This document shows, in pieces, positions 14,365 to 28,046 of a stretch of 64,000 bases of DNA. The number at the start of each line of letters is the position of its first letter. Within the stretch, counting starts at the first letter, position 1. Source of the stretch: Eledone cirrhosa (lineage: Eukaryota); the NCBI GenBank assembly GCA_964016885.1, contig OZ024742.1, forward strand, positions 46,872,001-46,936,000, in the 5' to 3' direction. A program made the position numbers and the translations under genes. The notes below the pieces were generated by a model. The model was not told the DNA's origin and ran no database searches. It saw only the letters and a list, made by a program, of their open reading frames with translations.

Positions 14365-15528
14365 TATAGGGAGTGTAACTTGGAGTTATTGCAGGTTGGA
14401 TCACCCGGGTGAGCACTCGATGTTTAGGTTCACTTCTGTGTTGAGGTGTAGAGCTATACAGAGTGTAAGGATAACAAGGACTATTGGTTACTCCTTCATT
14501 ATATTTATTGGTAGGTGACGCGCGTTTCGCCACTGATCAGCTCAAGGTTCGATCTGTATCGATCTTACCCGACTCAATAATCGACAGCTCGACGAACCCT
14601 TTAAAATGCTATAAGAAAATGAATACATGCTATGTGGTAAAGTCAGAAGTTCATAAGTTTGACAATATAAGTTGTTTTGATTGGTGGAAAAGATCATAGG
14701 GATGTATTCGCCTGTAGTGTATGTGGGGGTGGATGTGATGATAAGATGGTGGTGACGGTCGCTGACTGGGATGGGCTGTGGTGCGGGGGTTATGGAGAAT
14801 CGGTAGTCAGGTTGGCGTATATTTGTTGCTGGTTATTGTGTGTGGTGTGGGTGTGGTGTTATTGTATATGGTAATGGCGTTTGTGGTGGTGTGGTGGTTG
14901 TGTTGGTGGTGTCAAGTCCATAGGGAGATACATACCTAGAAATTTCTTAGTCTGACAAATACGTTGTATACATATACATGCGCATATATACTGACATATA
15001 TACATACACACTTATATAGACACACACACGCCCACATACATCCACACATACATACATCTATATGCATATACACACACACACATACATATGCATGTGCACG
15101 TGTGGATATATAGAGAGAGGGGGAGTATCGGTGGGGGTGGTGTAGAACAAAGATAGAGGGGGGGGGGGGTGAGAGCCAATGGAGATGGTGTTGTACATAT
15201 AGACATACACATACATACACACATACATACACACATACACATATATATACATATATATGTATACATATATATATATACATATATATATATACATATATAT
15301 ATAGAGAGATTACAATAATCAAAGTTCAGTTTAAGTCATTTATTTGCTTACAATTGTTTCCTCCAAACCGAGGTTTGGATTCTTCGGAGCAACTATTTAC
15401 TGATCTATAACATACTTGACCTCCTTTTCAACCCAAGAGACACATAAAACATATGCGCATATTGATCAACAGTGGGGTGACACTCATCAAATGATATAGC
15501 ATGGCAATTTACATGTAAAGGTTACAGG

Positions 15529-15642
15529 ATAAAAATAAAAATAAAAATAAAAATAAAAATAAAAATAAAAATAAAAATAAAAATAAAAATAAAAATAAAA
15601 ATAAAAATAAAAATAAAAATAAAAATAAAAATAAAAATAAAA
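15529..15642. repeat. (TAAAAA)n hexanucleotide microsatellite
   Basis: Directly visible. Confidence 0.95.
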
Positions 15643-16272
15643 GCAAGAATGAAAATAAAGATAAACATGAAGCGTTGGCAGTCTATGAAGATAAAGCAAG
15701 AGGAAAGCTTAGAGTAGTCAGTGCATGAAACAATCTCACGTGTAGCATGCACGCGTGTCTTATTTATACATGATTAGATTGCGTCAGAATGATATTTGCA
15801 GGGTCAGGCAGTTGAAGCAGGCAATCGATCTTATTATGTGGGCTGAATTATTAAGTCATTTATTCTCATACATCTGTATAATATACAGTCTCGGATGCAG
15901 GGAAACACCAAAATATCAGAAACTTTCAACATACTATAAACCTTATTGTATCGTAGGCAAAGCCGTACCACTGTCTTCGCTCACACCACCACTCACATAA
16001 TCCACGAGACGCAATATATAGAACACGTGTCTATCGTATAATTCGCGATGGTTCAGCATATAATCAAGTTATAAACCGTATCCAGTCGGTTCTTAATTAA
16101 TAGATCATGCTGTCCAGATTCCGGAAGTGTCTGAATGACTAAGGGGAATTAATGCGTAAGGGGAGGTAACTAGCTAGTTATCTTAGTTAAATTACTATCA
16201 TAAACTACATTAATGGTGATTCAAATACGTGCCTATCATATGAAGTTATAAATAATTTCTAGAGTATGTTTC

Positions 16273-16316
<44 letters not shown>

Positions 16317-16320
<4 letters not shown>

Positions 16321-16957
16321 GAAATAAAATAACAGGAGGCTGGACTGGTGTAAATCCTTGAAAGGTTTATTATACTATGATCATTTCAATGACCGGGTTC
16401 CATATGAATCCGGTGATATCATCAGGTATTGGAATATAGGCATGATATCATCAGGCATTTTCTAGCATGAATGTAGTATGACCCTTACACTACACTTCTT
16501 TCTCCCTCTCTTTCTTTCTTCCCCTTCTTCTTTGACGGAATGGTGGTAGTGCATTATAAGCCTTCGCCCCCTCACCAGATATTCATTAGTAGATTCAGTT
16601 GCCAACACTTTGAGGGTGAATGGCCGAGAAGCTAGTTGGTCAGTCGTCCTCTATGTCTCTGTCTCTGATTTTTCGGACCCATGGTTTTTTACATATTCCT
16701 TTGTTATATTCCAATACATGATGATATCACCGGATTCATATGGAACCCGGTCATTGAAATGATCATAGTATAATATACCTTTCAAGGATTTACACCAGTT
16801 CAGCCTCCTGTTATTTTATTTCATTTCAAATTAACTCCGTATTCGCACCACCAACTACACAAACGAAGATGGGTGAACTGCACTGCGTTGAGTACTCTTC
16901 ATAATATTACACCAGGATTGACCAGTTCTATCCAGTGGTGAACTAACAAACCTAAAG

Positions 16958-16960
<3 letters not shown>
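16317..16960 (+). mobile_element. non-coding PLE pLTR fragment with inverted 5' copy (16317-16438 vs ~16705-16826)
   Basis: About 120 bp inverted repeat carrying a hammerhead; bounded by (TA)n on both sides. Confidence 0.8.
16372..16429 (-). ncRNA. hammerhead H4 (plus copy 16714-16771 has core C->A)
   Basis: Minus strand: ATAC-CTGATGA-tatcACCGG..CCGGTcatt-GAAA-TGATCA-TA-GTAT-AATAAA. Confidence 0.8.
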
Positions 16961-17026
<66 letters not shown>

Positions 17027-17173
17027 CGTATTTAAGAAAGCCACAACAATGCAAAGGGAAATCTCGAGGTAGGAAGTGAAATATAGATAGGAAAAACAGG
17101 TGAAAGTGAAAATTGAGAGAGACAAAGATGAAAACAAAACAAAGGTAGAAGGGTTACCGTAGTAGAGATTTAA

Positions 17174-17209
17174 TCCCAATATTTCGGGCTCACGCCCATC
17201 AACGGGGGA
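17174..17209 (-). ncRNA. degenerate hammerhead H5
   Basis: Minus strand: TCCC-CCGTTGA-T-GGGC gtga GCCC-GAAA-TA-TT-GGGA; two core mismatches to CTGANGA. Confidence 0.5.
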
Positions 17210-17813
17210 AAAGTTCCAAAAGGGGGGAAACAGGCCAAGCGGAGAAAGTTGTGATGTCGTTAAGACAGGAATGCCGTTATGGGGAGAAAAATATTTAAAA
17301 TTTAAACGAGGGAAAGAATGCGCGTGCGCGTGATAGGCTGTGGCAAAAGCTACTGACCAAATGGGTTAAATCAAGAGGGTGCGTTAGCGTGTGAAAGCCG
17401 TAAGATATGTGTATGTAAATATATATGTGTGTGTAACTGTGTGTGTATAAGTGTAAGTGTGTATATGTGTGAGTGTGTGTGTGTGTCAAAGATAGTGGGC
17501 TGTAGAAGTTGGAAATCAAAGGGTGTGAAAGGTGGTAGGTTGTAAAATATGTGTGCGTGTATAAATATAGATGTGTGTGTGTAAGCGTATGGGTATACAT
17601 GTGTGTGTAACTGTGTGTGTATATGTGTGAGTGCGTTTGTGTGTGAAAGATAGTGGGCTGTAGAAGCTGGAAATCAAAGGGTGTGAAAGGTGGTAGGTTG
17701 TAAAAACATGTGTGCGTGTATAAATATAGATGTGTGTGTGTATGCGTATGGGTATGCATATACGTGCGTGTGTGTGAAGATAGCAGGCCGTAGGCTGTGA
17801 ATGGTCATTATGG

Positions 17814-20436
17814 TTAAGTTAGCCATGTCAGCTCATTTCTCTCAGCCCGGTTGTTAAGTGGGGGTCTGAGGTTCTTAATAACAAGTGCTTCCTTTATCCT
17901 TAAGGATCCGATGCTGCGTTCAGTCGCTAGGACTGTGACCAAGGGTCTACCCTGTGGGTTTCCGCATTTAAGGATATGTTTACGGAAGGAAGATGCGTTG
18001 GTGTTGATATGTTCCTTGATACGAACATGTAGGGGTCGGATGGTGCTACCTATGTAAAACTTGTTACATTTATCGCATTGAATCTTATATACGACATAGG
18101 TGCGTAGGCAATCTGCCCCCCGTATCGGGCAGTTGCTAAGGGAACACGTCCCATCTGCCTCGTAGGGTTTGTTGGAGAGGCATCTTCGCAGTGAAGGTCC
18201 TGTGTGGGCCAAATGTATGTCAAGTTCCTCCGTCCGTATGGCCCTGCGGATGGCGTTCGTGGTATATTCACTCAGGCGGGGGATTTTAAAGAAGCACCTG
18301 CTAATATTAAGTTTTCTAGTGGGTGTCAGTCTACTGGGTCTGGGGTCTCCAATTCCGTTAATCAGTCGCTTGGGATAACCATTAGATTTGAGTAGATTAC
18401 GGAATTGCGTGGTATGGGTGAGACCACCCATCTGGTCGCTGCATCTGTTAGTGATCCGTGTCAGTTCATTTAGGACATAGCCTCTCTTAGCGTTGTTGGG
18501 GAGGGCTGAGTTATAATGCACAAATAAGTCCTTGCACGCTGCTTTGCGGTAGAAGGTGGTGTTTATGTCTCCTTCTTCCGAGATGTTGATACGGAAGTCG
18601 AGGAGGGCGAGTGACCCGTCTTCTCCTGGGTGTTCGATGGTGAAATCGATGTGCTGGTCAGTATCGTTGAAGATTTGGTGAATTTCATTCGCCATCTCCC
18701 GGGAAGAAGTAAGTATCAGGATATTATCAACGTATCTGGAGTAGAAGGCGACGGCGTTGGGTTGGCAGGTATTGAGTGCCTTGCGTTCCAGGTGGTCCAT
18801 GTACGAGATCGCAAGTATGCCGGACAGACTAGAGCCCATAGGTAGCCCAGAGATTTGTTTGTACGTGTGGCCGAGGAAATTGAAGAGTGCATTATCCACA
18901 ACGAAGGAGAGGAGTTGGTGGATGTCCGTGTGTGTGAGTCCGAAGCAGTGTAAGTTAGATGCTCGGACTCGTTCGGTCAACAGGTCGACAGCTGGGGATG
19001 CTGGTACGGAGGTATAAAGGGCGACCACATCAAGACTGAAGGCATAACCGTTGTCCTTTCTGGTGTTGGGCGCCAGATGGTGTAGTCGCTCCAAGACTTC
19101 GTTTGAGCTGCAGACGTGGGCTGGTAGTGTGTGTAGAATAGGTTTCAGTAGTGTGGAGAGCAGCCACGATATTTTGTAGAGTGGGCCCTCCACGCTAGAG
19201 ACAATGGGCCTGATTTTCAAATCGGGTCCTTGTTTATGTGTTTTGACCAGGTGGTAGAAGGTGGGTAATTTGCTGTTTCGAGTCATTATGTTGTTTTTTA
19301 CCTTCTTTGGCAGTTTTCGTTGGACACAGATGTTAGTCCATATGGTGTTAATGCCTTCCTCGATTAGAGTCGAGGAGGTCCCTGTGACTTTCGAGTAGAG
19401 GCTGTGGTCATTAAGATGTTGGAGAGCTAAGTTGTTGTAGGTCTCTCTCGAGATGACACAGAATTCTTTCCCCTTGTCAGAGGGAAGGTACACAAGGTTC
19501 CTGGATCTTAGGTTGGTGAGAGTATTAAATTGTGCATTGGTGAGGTTGCGTTTATTGTGTGTGTGTGTGTGTTGGGAAAGGATGTTAGAGATAGAATGTT
19601 TCAACCTGAGTAGTTTAGTGTCAAGTTCGTGGTTGGTGGGTGGGGGGTGGAGTGGGTTGTCGAGGTGATACGTGGGGAGTGTGGGGTGGGTTGTGGGGTT
19701 GTAATCGATCTCGGTGTTGTTTTGGATGGCGGTTAGCCATTTCAGTTGATAAGCTGTCCGACAGAAGTTGGTTTCGATGTCGAGTTTCAGTCTATCATCG
19801 AGACGCTGTGTAATGATGAACTCGGGTCCGAGGCGCAGAAGTTCGAGTTCGTCGTTGGTGAGGGTACCGGTTAAGTCGGTAACGAGGTGTGAAGCATCGT
19901 TGGTAGGTAGATCGATGTTGGGGGGTGTAGCGGAGGGTGTTGTATAGCTGTTGCCCCTGGTGTGGTTGTAGTCGGTCCGTCTGTGGGAGCGGATGTTGTC
20001 AATGTAGTATTTGTTTACAGTCCATTCGTATTTCCGTATAAGGCGCTGTTTATCAAATTTGACTCTGGTGTGGTAACACTGATCTATAGCTTTGCGTATA
20101 TCCTGGACTTGGTGGTCAGGGGTGAGGGTTGGAGCTATACGATCTAAGTGCTCAGAAAGCGTTTGTATATGGAGTCGCAGTTGGTGGTGGTTGTGTCGTA
20201 GTATTTTCTTGATAAACGTGCGTTGAATGTGGCGGATGGTGTTTTCGAAGGATGGTGATCGTAAACATTCGGGTAGATGTATATTCCTGATGGTGGTTGG
20301 AATGATGTTGTTCTTTAGGCAGCGTTTTAAGAAGGTAATTTGGCAACCGAGTTTGGCACGATTCTCCGATAGTCTGAATAGGTCCCTTATGGGTGCAAAC
20401 AAGTCCTGGCTCAGGTGTAATGATAAGAGGGACACC

Positions 20437-20441
<5 letters not shown>
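17814..20441 (-). CDS. PLE reverse transcriptase + GIY-YIG endonuclease (~875 aa; catalytic motif reads YVDN)
   Basis: [64 protein letters not shown]. The first 36 aa of the track ORF are microsatellite. Confidence 0.9.
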
Positions 20442-20515
<74 letters not shown>

Positions 20516-21398
20516 GTACATATATATAAATATACACACAGACACGCACACTTGCGTTGGTTCGAGAGGGAGGGTATGTGTTGGTGATGTTAATGAAGTT
20601 AATGATTGTTGATGTATGGAGTTGTACCTTGTGGTGGCGGTGGTGGAGTTGTGAGCGACAAAAATATACAGGTTCGAATAATACGATGGGTTACTCCTGT
20701 AGGCTGTACAACCACAGCAGACACTGCAGTGCCATCAGCAGCTGACACAAAACTTTCCAGGTACAGATCCATGGTCTTTTGCGACTGACAGATACCAATA
20801 TTAATAACAACAACAACAATAATAATAATGATTTTTTCTGATTTAGGCACTAGGCCAACAATGTTTTGGGAAAGGGAAAGTCAATTAAATCGACATTACT
20901 AGTACTTTATTTTATGGATATATAGATGTCTTGTATATTGGATGGAATAATTTACTGATTATTGATTATTTGATCGGTTAATTAGTTAACAACAATTGAC
21001 ACACTTACGAAAGCTTGAATATTAGCTTGGTAATCATCAATTTAATTGTGGTGCTTATCATGTTTTCTTCTAAGCCTGAAACAACTGTTTGTGTACGATG
21101 CTGAACAGGGTATTGCTAATATTAAGGACGTAATGTACTGTTGTTCTAGCAAATTATATACTGTTCATGTTTTCTCTTAGTTGTACCAATAACGATATTT
21201 ATGTGTACCCCCTGCTTCGGATATTTTTAGCGCCTTTGCATTGAGGGTTATAGTTCGGCAAATTGGTGTACAGAAGAAAGCAGTTTGTACACCTGTATTC
21301 TGTTTGTTATGAATACAATATATATATTAATAAAGAGAGAGTGATATATATATATATGTGTGTGTGTATATATATATATTTAATATAGAAATGGCTTC

Positions 21399-21482
21399 TA
21401 CAGGACTAGAACTGTTTCATTCGGAAGACATCATCCGGAAAGTGGGCTGATGTCTTCCGAATGAAACAGTTCTAGTCCTGTA
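21399..21482. repeat. hairpin with 35-bp perfect arms and 14-nt spacer, between (TA)-rich tracts
   Basis: TACAGGACTAGAACTGTTTCATTCGGAAGACATCA and its exact reverse complement. Confidence 0.9.
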
Positions 21483-22479
21483 AATATTTATACTTTGTTA
21501 TATATTGAGTACCTTACTTACTGTGGTTACCCTCGATTGAACCCGGAATATATATATATATATGAGAGTGTGTGTGAATATATTCATCTTATTATATCAT
21601 ATCACTATTGTAAATGCTTTACTTATACGTTCAATGACAGACATTATGTCTAATCATTAAACCATTCCAATGAAATACTTAAATATGTTCCGTCTCAATT
21701 CACATTAATAAACATTCGTCCCTCATTAGTAACTTTAATTCCTGTAATGGCTTTGACAACTACACTTTAATGACTATAGTAATTTAGTATTCTATGTGCT
21801 AAAGAAAATTAACATTAAGTATATTTTGCAAAAAAGAAATTTCTTGCCAAACATCATTTATGTTATTGCCATTTCTCGAAATTAAATTATACCAATTTTG
21901 TCTTTGATTTCCTTCCAATTATTTGCCGTTCTATAAAGATGAGCAGCAAAATAGAACTTGTACTTTAAAAACGTTAGTTCTGTTTATATTTTCTGAATGC
22001 GAATACTCTCATGATAAAGTTAGTACATCACAACATCTATGATTTGAATTTTCACATTCTTCACATATCAGGAGTCAAAAGTCTTTTCGGATTTTCAATG
22101 ATGATCTTAGGCAACTTGTATTTTTATGTCATATCACTAATTTGATACAACTCATGCTATAGTTAATCAATTTTAAAATTTATTTATTTATTTATTTATT
22201 TTCATGTATTCTGTGAGCAGGTGGAATACATAGATGTTTATTTTAAAAATATAATTTAGTAAGAAAAGAAATGGGGAAACAAAAGAAAAGAAAGAGTAGG
22301 GAAATATAGAGAAAAATGGAGCGAAAGATAGAAGAAAAAGAGCGGGAAGGAGATGGCAAGAGCTCTGGTGTCGCAGAAGAGAGATGAGGGGTGATGGGGG
22401 AGGGTGATTGGGCTTTAGGCCTAGGTCGCTACTTTCGAATATAACATATAAACATTTATTGTATATTATTTATTTCACA

Positions 22480-22739
22480 GCTTTGATAAAATTGCAATAA
22501 GAATAATTTTATGCTACCTGTGCAAAAAAGACTGAGTGCAAGGGAAATGGAAAAGGAAATTAATGACGTGGAAGGTCCAGGAACGTCAACGAACGTTTAA
22601 CGCAAAAGTGGGCCAGACGTTTCAAAGAAGTTGACACCAGCCTCGAAGACAAACCAAGTTCAGAGAGACCTTCTGTTGTGGAAGATGAAGCCTTGCTTGA
22701 AATGGTTGAATAACAACTAAGCACAAGCACTCATACATC
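22480..22739 (+). mobile_element. mariner transposase N-terminal (HTH) remnant
   Basis: Manual translation W.RRFKEVDTSLEDKPSSERPSVVEDEALLEMVE resembles the mariner LED.PRSGRP motif. Confidence 0.7.
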
Positions 22740-23399
22740 CAGTGGCGGACTGGCAAGGTCATCATCTTTCCTGATAGCGAATGGGCCCATTTAGTTATTT
22801 GTAGGGCAAAATAGGAAAATAAATATTATTAAAAGTAGTGTCTGACAAATATAGAATAAACGAAGCCAGTATGGAAATATATTATATAGATATTTAATTA
22901 AATCCATAAAGCAGGAAAGACGATAAAGGTTTCAGAGATGAATTCTTAGAATATGGGTATAAAAAAACTGGTAGTTTATTTTGTCAACCCCGGAACGATA
23001 CTAGGGGGACCCGAGCAAAATTTGAAGTGGAGGATCTAATAAATTATGTAATGTGATGCTGAGAGGATATTGCGGTGGTGATGGATTTTCAGTATTTCCG
23101 TTATTAGAAACTAGGCTTATTTACTTTAGCCATTGTATTTCGATTATCTATGAAAAGAATGTTCGCTATATTACGTGCAGTGGCGGTAGAGAAAAGTATA
23201 TATTTTGATTTTCTTCTAGTTACTAAAAGCGATATTGTGAGACTTCGAGAGGATTTCAAGGAAACTGGCTTCCAGTTGCAAAGTAAGGCTAAAATCCAAG
23301 GAGGAAGAAGATGATGTATATGCATATTCGCGTATATTTCTACAATACTCACGAACGTATCTATGAATATATGTGTAGGCATGTCAGTCCGTCTTCCTT

Positions 23400-23400
<1 letters not shown>
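22740..23400. mobile_element. non-coding repeat with hAT-like terminus, ending at (CTAT)n
   Basis: Starts CAGTGGCGGACTGGCA; degenerate inverse TGTCAGTCCGTC near 23382; homologous to 31165-31480. Confidence 0.45.

Positions 23401-23474
<74 letters not shown>
23401..23474. repeat. (CTAT)n microsatellite 5' of Tx1 copy 1
   Basis: Directly visible. Confidence 0.95.
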
Positions 23475-23479
23475 CTCTT

Positions 23480-26400
23480 TCTGTCTGACGTGTGGAACAT
23501 CGCCGGTAAGCTTTTTTGTTAATTTCTATGCAAAAAACCGAACTAATTGTTTGAAAAAACATAACACTTTGTAGATTAACCCCCAAGTTGAATTGACAGC
23601 TGGGTGGTAATCCCATTTTTCGCCCCTGTAGGGGCGAAAATTTTATTTTAAAAATTTGTTTTAAAATATCAGATGTTACAAACTAAATAACTTGAGCAAC
23701 ACAAGAACGCTGGAGAACGTTAATAGAGAAAAGAGAGAGAAAGAGGCAGATATTAACGTTATATCTGCTTCTGCTACTATGGACGTCGCCATAGATACAA
23801 GTGTCAACAAAGAAAAAATATATTAACACTTGAAAATTTTAAAATGTCTACCGTCGAAGCGGAGAAAAATAACAATAACACACAGGAAAACACAGGAATT
23901 AAACCCATTAACATACATACACATGAAAAAGACATCAACAACTCTACAGATACATCTACACAAAGTTTCACCTCAACAAGGAACTGAGATTTCCAACAAC
24001 GATAACAACAACATCAACAGCAACACCACACAAAAAAAGAAAATGCCTTTCGCTGAAACGGTGAACAAAAAACAAGATTTTATAAATCTTGATATCTCCA
24101 ACGCAAGAGATATGCTCCAGCAAAGGAGAAAATTTGTAACTTTCGAAGAAAGAGGTGGGTTTAGAATTAACTCACCCATTGAAATAAAGGAAGACACAAT
24201 CCGTAGATCAGTCACTTTTAGGACTGTGTCAAATTCGACAAGAAAGCCGACATTTGCTAATCAAGCAGATATAGAAGATACTTTCAAGGAAATTCTAGCA
24301 AATGTCGATTTTCTCCAGCGAGGAAAACAGTACGGAAGTGTTGCCGTACTGTTTAAAAGCCAGGCACTCGCCCCAAAAATCTCTGTGACACCAATGGTGT
24401 CAAAAGCATACACCTTTTTCCCTACACACATGGGGAAAAGGACACAAAAAATAAAAATAAAAAACATGCCTCCAAACATTAACATCTGGTGTATCTTGGC
24501 TGGCTTCGTAGAGCCAGAAACTGATATGATACTCTCAATACGAAAATCTATTAGGCAAAGGTGGGCGGGCACAGATTTGGAGATTCTGTTGAAAATGAAA
24601 CCGGAGAGAATCTCAAAAATACCCGAAAGAGTCGTTATTGATAATAACAACAAAATAAACATTTCGGTAGAAGGACAAACATTTCATTGCTTTCGCTGTG
24701 GTAGCACAGCTCACCTAAAAGCCTCTTGTCCACAAACACACAACAACATCATAAAAAAAACTCTATTACCATCACCAAAACAACCACCACCACCACCACA
24801 AGTACAACGACAGACGAAACGAGCAACCACACCAAAACAAACAGACACTCAACCAACAGCAACAGAAAAAAACAGAGACAACACCCCTGAAGAAAACAGC
24901 CCCACTCCATCCCACTCCATCAAACACTACCACAAACACACATACCGAAACACCACCACCACACAACATACCCTTACCCCACACACCTGACGATTATTCA
25001 TCGACGGATGAAGCTGCTTCTCCTTCTTTAAGTGAAGAAGAGGGAGAACCACGGAAATCTAAAAAGCAAAAAAAGAGACACCACAAACCCCCCCAAAACT
25101 CCAATCACCAACACCAACACACAACCACAGACACAAACAACAACACAAACAACACCACAGTCAAACATCCCCCTATCAGCAAAACCAGCACCAACACCAC
25201 CCCAAACACAAGCACCCACCATAAAAAGAAAACTCCTGGACGAACAACAAACTGAAACAACACAACAAAAACGCAAACAACAATACGCATACATCAACAC
25301 AAACAACAAGAGTTTGATGGAGGTCATCTCCCAAAACTCCAAGGTGGAGACGGAGGGCAAAACTTTTGTCAAGGCAGAATCCTCTCCACACCTTAAACTT
25401 ATAAGGGTTTCTATGGAAACCTATAAAGACCTAAAAAATGAATTTTCACAGGACGTGGGCCACAAACCCATCAACCGCGTCCTGTTAAAATGTTTCCCCA
25501 CCCCACCCAACACCCAAATGGAGATTGAATAACCCGATCTCCAGGAAACGAAAAGGTAAGTGCATATTTCGTCCTTTTTCTCCAACTTTTCTTCACCAAC
25601 ATGGCTAGTTTACGAGTTGGAATCGTGAATGTGCGTGGCCTAGGGATGCTCTGGAAACAGGGCCAACTTTTAAACGACCTTAGGTCACACAGTATGGATG
25701 TGATAGCCATCACCGAGTCCAGGATACACAAAAGGCAGCAACTAACCCCCATCTTCGACGACTTTGAGATCTACACATCTCTCTGTCAGCCAGGAGGTGG
25801 AGGTGGAGTGGCTATCATGTTTCGGAAGAACCTGGATGTCGGAGTACAGCAAGTACACTTGGACCCGGAGGGTAGACTGGTAGTCCTAGACGTGAACAGT
25901 ATCGGAGGTGGAGCCTTCAGACTGGTTGCCGTTTATGCCCCGACCGGGCAATCGCAAGCACGGCCAGACTTATTTAAGCGTCTAGAATCTTTTCTGGGAA
26001 CGGCTCGCTCCTTACTTTTAGTGGGGGACTGGAATGGTATGCTAGATGCACGATGGGACTATGTGGGAGCATGTCCCACTAGAGCGGGGTACAACAGCCT
26101 CAAAACTTTAATCGGCCAATTCTAACTGGCCGATAGGTATCGACTGGATTTCCCGACTGCACCACAGTGGACGTGGGCAAACCGCAGTGGGACATCTAGA
26201 TCGTATTTAGATATGTTCTTCATTAGAGAAAGGGACAAGGAGATGTTAAGCTGTCCACGAATGCACATGGTTGCCTATTCAGATCACAAGTTAGTCGTCT
26301 GCTTAGTCAACCGTGATAGAATACATAGACAGGGTCCCGGATACTGGAAGCTGAACGTGTCGTAAACGGCACCTAAAGCTTAAAGTGAACGGATAAGTAG

Positions 26401-26893
26401 ACTAGTCAAATAACAGTTAACGGGAGCCATCGTCAACAATAGATGGTGGTACTCTCTCAAGAAAGCAATTAGAATAGAATCGATAGGGTATAGCAGAGAG
26501 TTAGCCTTAGAGAAAAACAGAATAGAAAGAGAACTAGTAGCCAAGGTAGAGGAGGCACTTAGAAGTGGCAACGCGGCTAGAGTGTTAGCGTCGAGAACGG
26601 CACTGGACCAGTTCTTCGATGCGAAACACGAAGGCTGCGTGGTCAGAAGCAAAACACGTGCTCTAGAAAACGAAGGAGCGAAAGCTGTCAGCTGGGCTCG
26701 AGTGGCGGAGGCAAAAAGTGGCAACAAGTCCACGATTCGGTCTTTGAAAGACCAAAACAGACGCGTGCTACTTGACCCCAAGCAAATGTGCGCGACCTTT
26801 CAGCGACTGTTTGAGCAGAATGACAGTGAGCCGAACGGGGTAATGTACTTTAGTTCATACCTCGACGGCCTGCCGCGTCTCTCGACGCATTAG
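23480..26893 (+). mobile_element. L1-Tx1 non-LTR retrotransposon copy 1 (3'-truncated, decayed)
   Basis: ORF1 with CCHC knuckle CFRCGSTAHLKASC; ORF2 from ATG 25601 with APE endonuclease motifs NVRGL, GDWN, YLD, SDHK and GYWKLN; multiple stops. Confidence 0.9.
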
Positions 26894-27864
26894 CTAATAC
26901 AACATCCTTGGCTGAAACAATTAATAATTATAGAAAAAAGAATATCGATTACAACCTGACCTGGAGTGTGCTCAAAAGGGCCACCCCTTATCAAAATAAC
27001 AGATATGAGTGTCGATTATACTCCCAGGAACTTTTTGAAATAATGAAATCTAAGGATATCCTATTAAATAAGCGACAAGAATTATTTATATCTTGAAATC
27101 ATAGAAATACTTTCAAATATTATAAACCTAATTAATTACACTTATATTTTACATATTATTATAATTAGTTTTTTTAATTTAATTAACCTATAATTAGTAC
27201 TTTACTACAGAGAACTTCATAATTTTATTTCCCTCTTACAGCTCTCTTTTCCTAAAATTAATACCTAAAAGTATACATATAAATTAATTTAATTTCCTGT
27301 TATGAATCTAGATTCCTTGTAGCCTATGTAAGATTGGTATTTCTCACTACTACATTTATCCCAAAATTTTATTTTCCTTCGTTTTTAAAAACATTCTTTA
27401 ATAACATCTAATTCTTATTTATCACATCCATATGCATTAATATAAATTTATCCCTATAAGTATACCTATCAATTAATTTAATTTCTTGTTATAGATCCAA
27501 ATTCCTTGTGTTTTAAATAAGATTGGTATTTCTCACTAACACCTTTACCCTAAAATTTTTATTCTCCTTCGGTTTTAACATTAACATTATTCTTTAATAA
27601 CATCAAATTTTCGTCTACCTTTCACCGCCTTGACCTATTTTCATCCCCAAAGTATTCTTTTCATTCTAAAAATTCTTTCCATTCAAAACTTAAGTCTGCA
27701 TTCCTCTACCCCTAAATTAAATTTCTACTACTACTATTCTATAAACTTGACCTCTTACTACTTTTCTATTGGTCAATTCAAAACCTGTTCCCAAACAGAC
27801 CTATTATATTAAATCTTTGTTGTTTTTTTTTCAATAAACAAATATCATTATTTCTGAAGACAGC

Positions 27865-28046
27865 GGTGGATTGGCAGTATCGGTAGAGAGTTGGACACCA
27901 TGCTTTGAAGCATAGAGTTACGTCCCTTTATGATCTGAGTTCAAATCCCGCCGAGGTTAACTTTGCCTTTCATCCTTACGGGGTCGATAAAATAAAATAC
28001 CAGTAATGTACTGGTTATTGCTGGCCTTCTGCCTAAAATAGAAACA
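27865..28046 (+). mobile_element. SINE with 18-bp target-site duplication
   Basis: Near-identical to 39-227; ATTATTTCTGAAGACAGC at 27847-27864 and 28047-28064. Confidence 0.92.

Larger units (their letters stand above)
17020..20441 (-). mobile_element. near full-length Penelope/Poseidon-type PLE
   Basis: Single RT + GIY-YIG ORF, ~800 bp 3'UTR with 158-bp tandem duplication and degenerate hammerhead; (TA)n at both ends. Confidence 0.92.

Noticed and set aside
14511-14545. Minus-strand GAAA-CGCGCG-TC followed by AATAAA
   Set aside because: Looks like a hammerhead 3' half, but I found no CTGANGA with a matching stem I.
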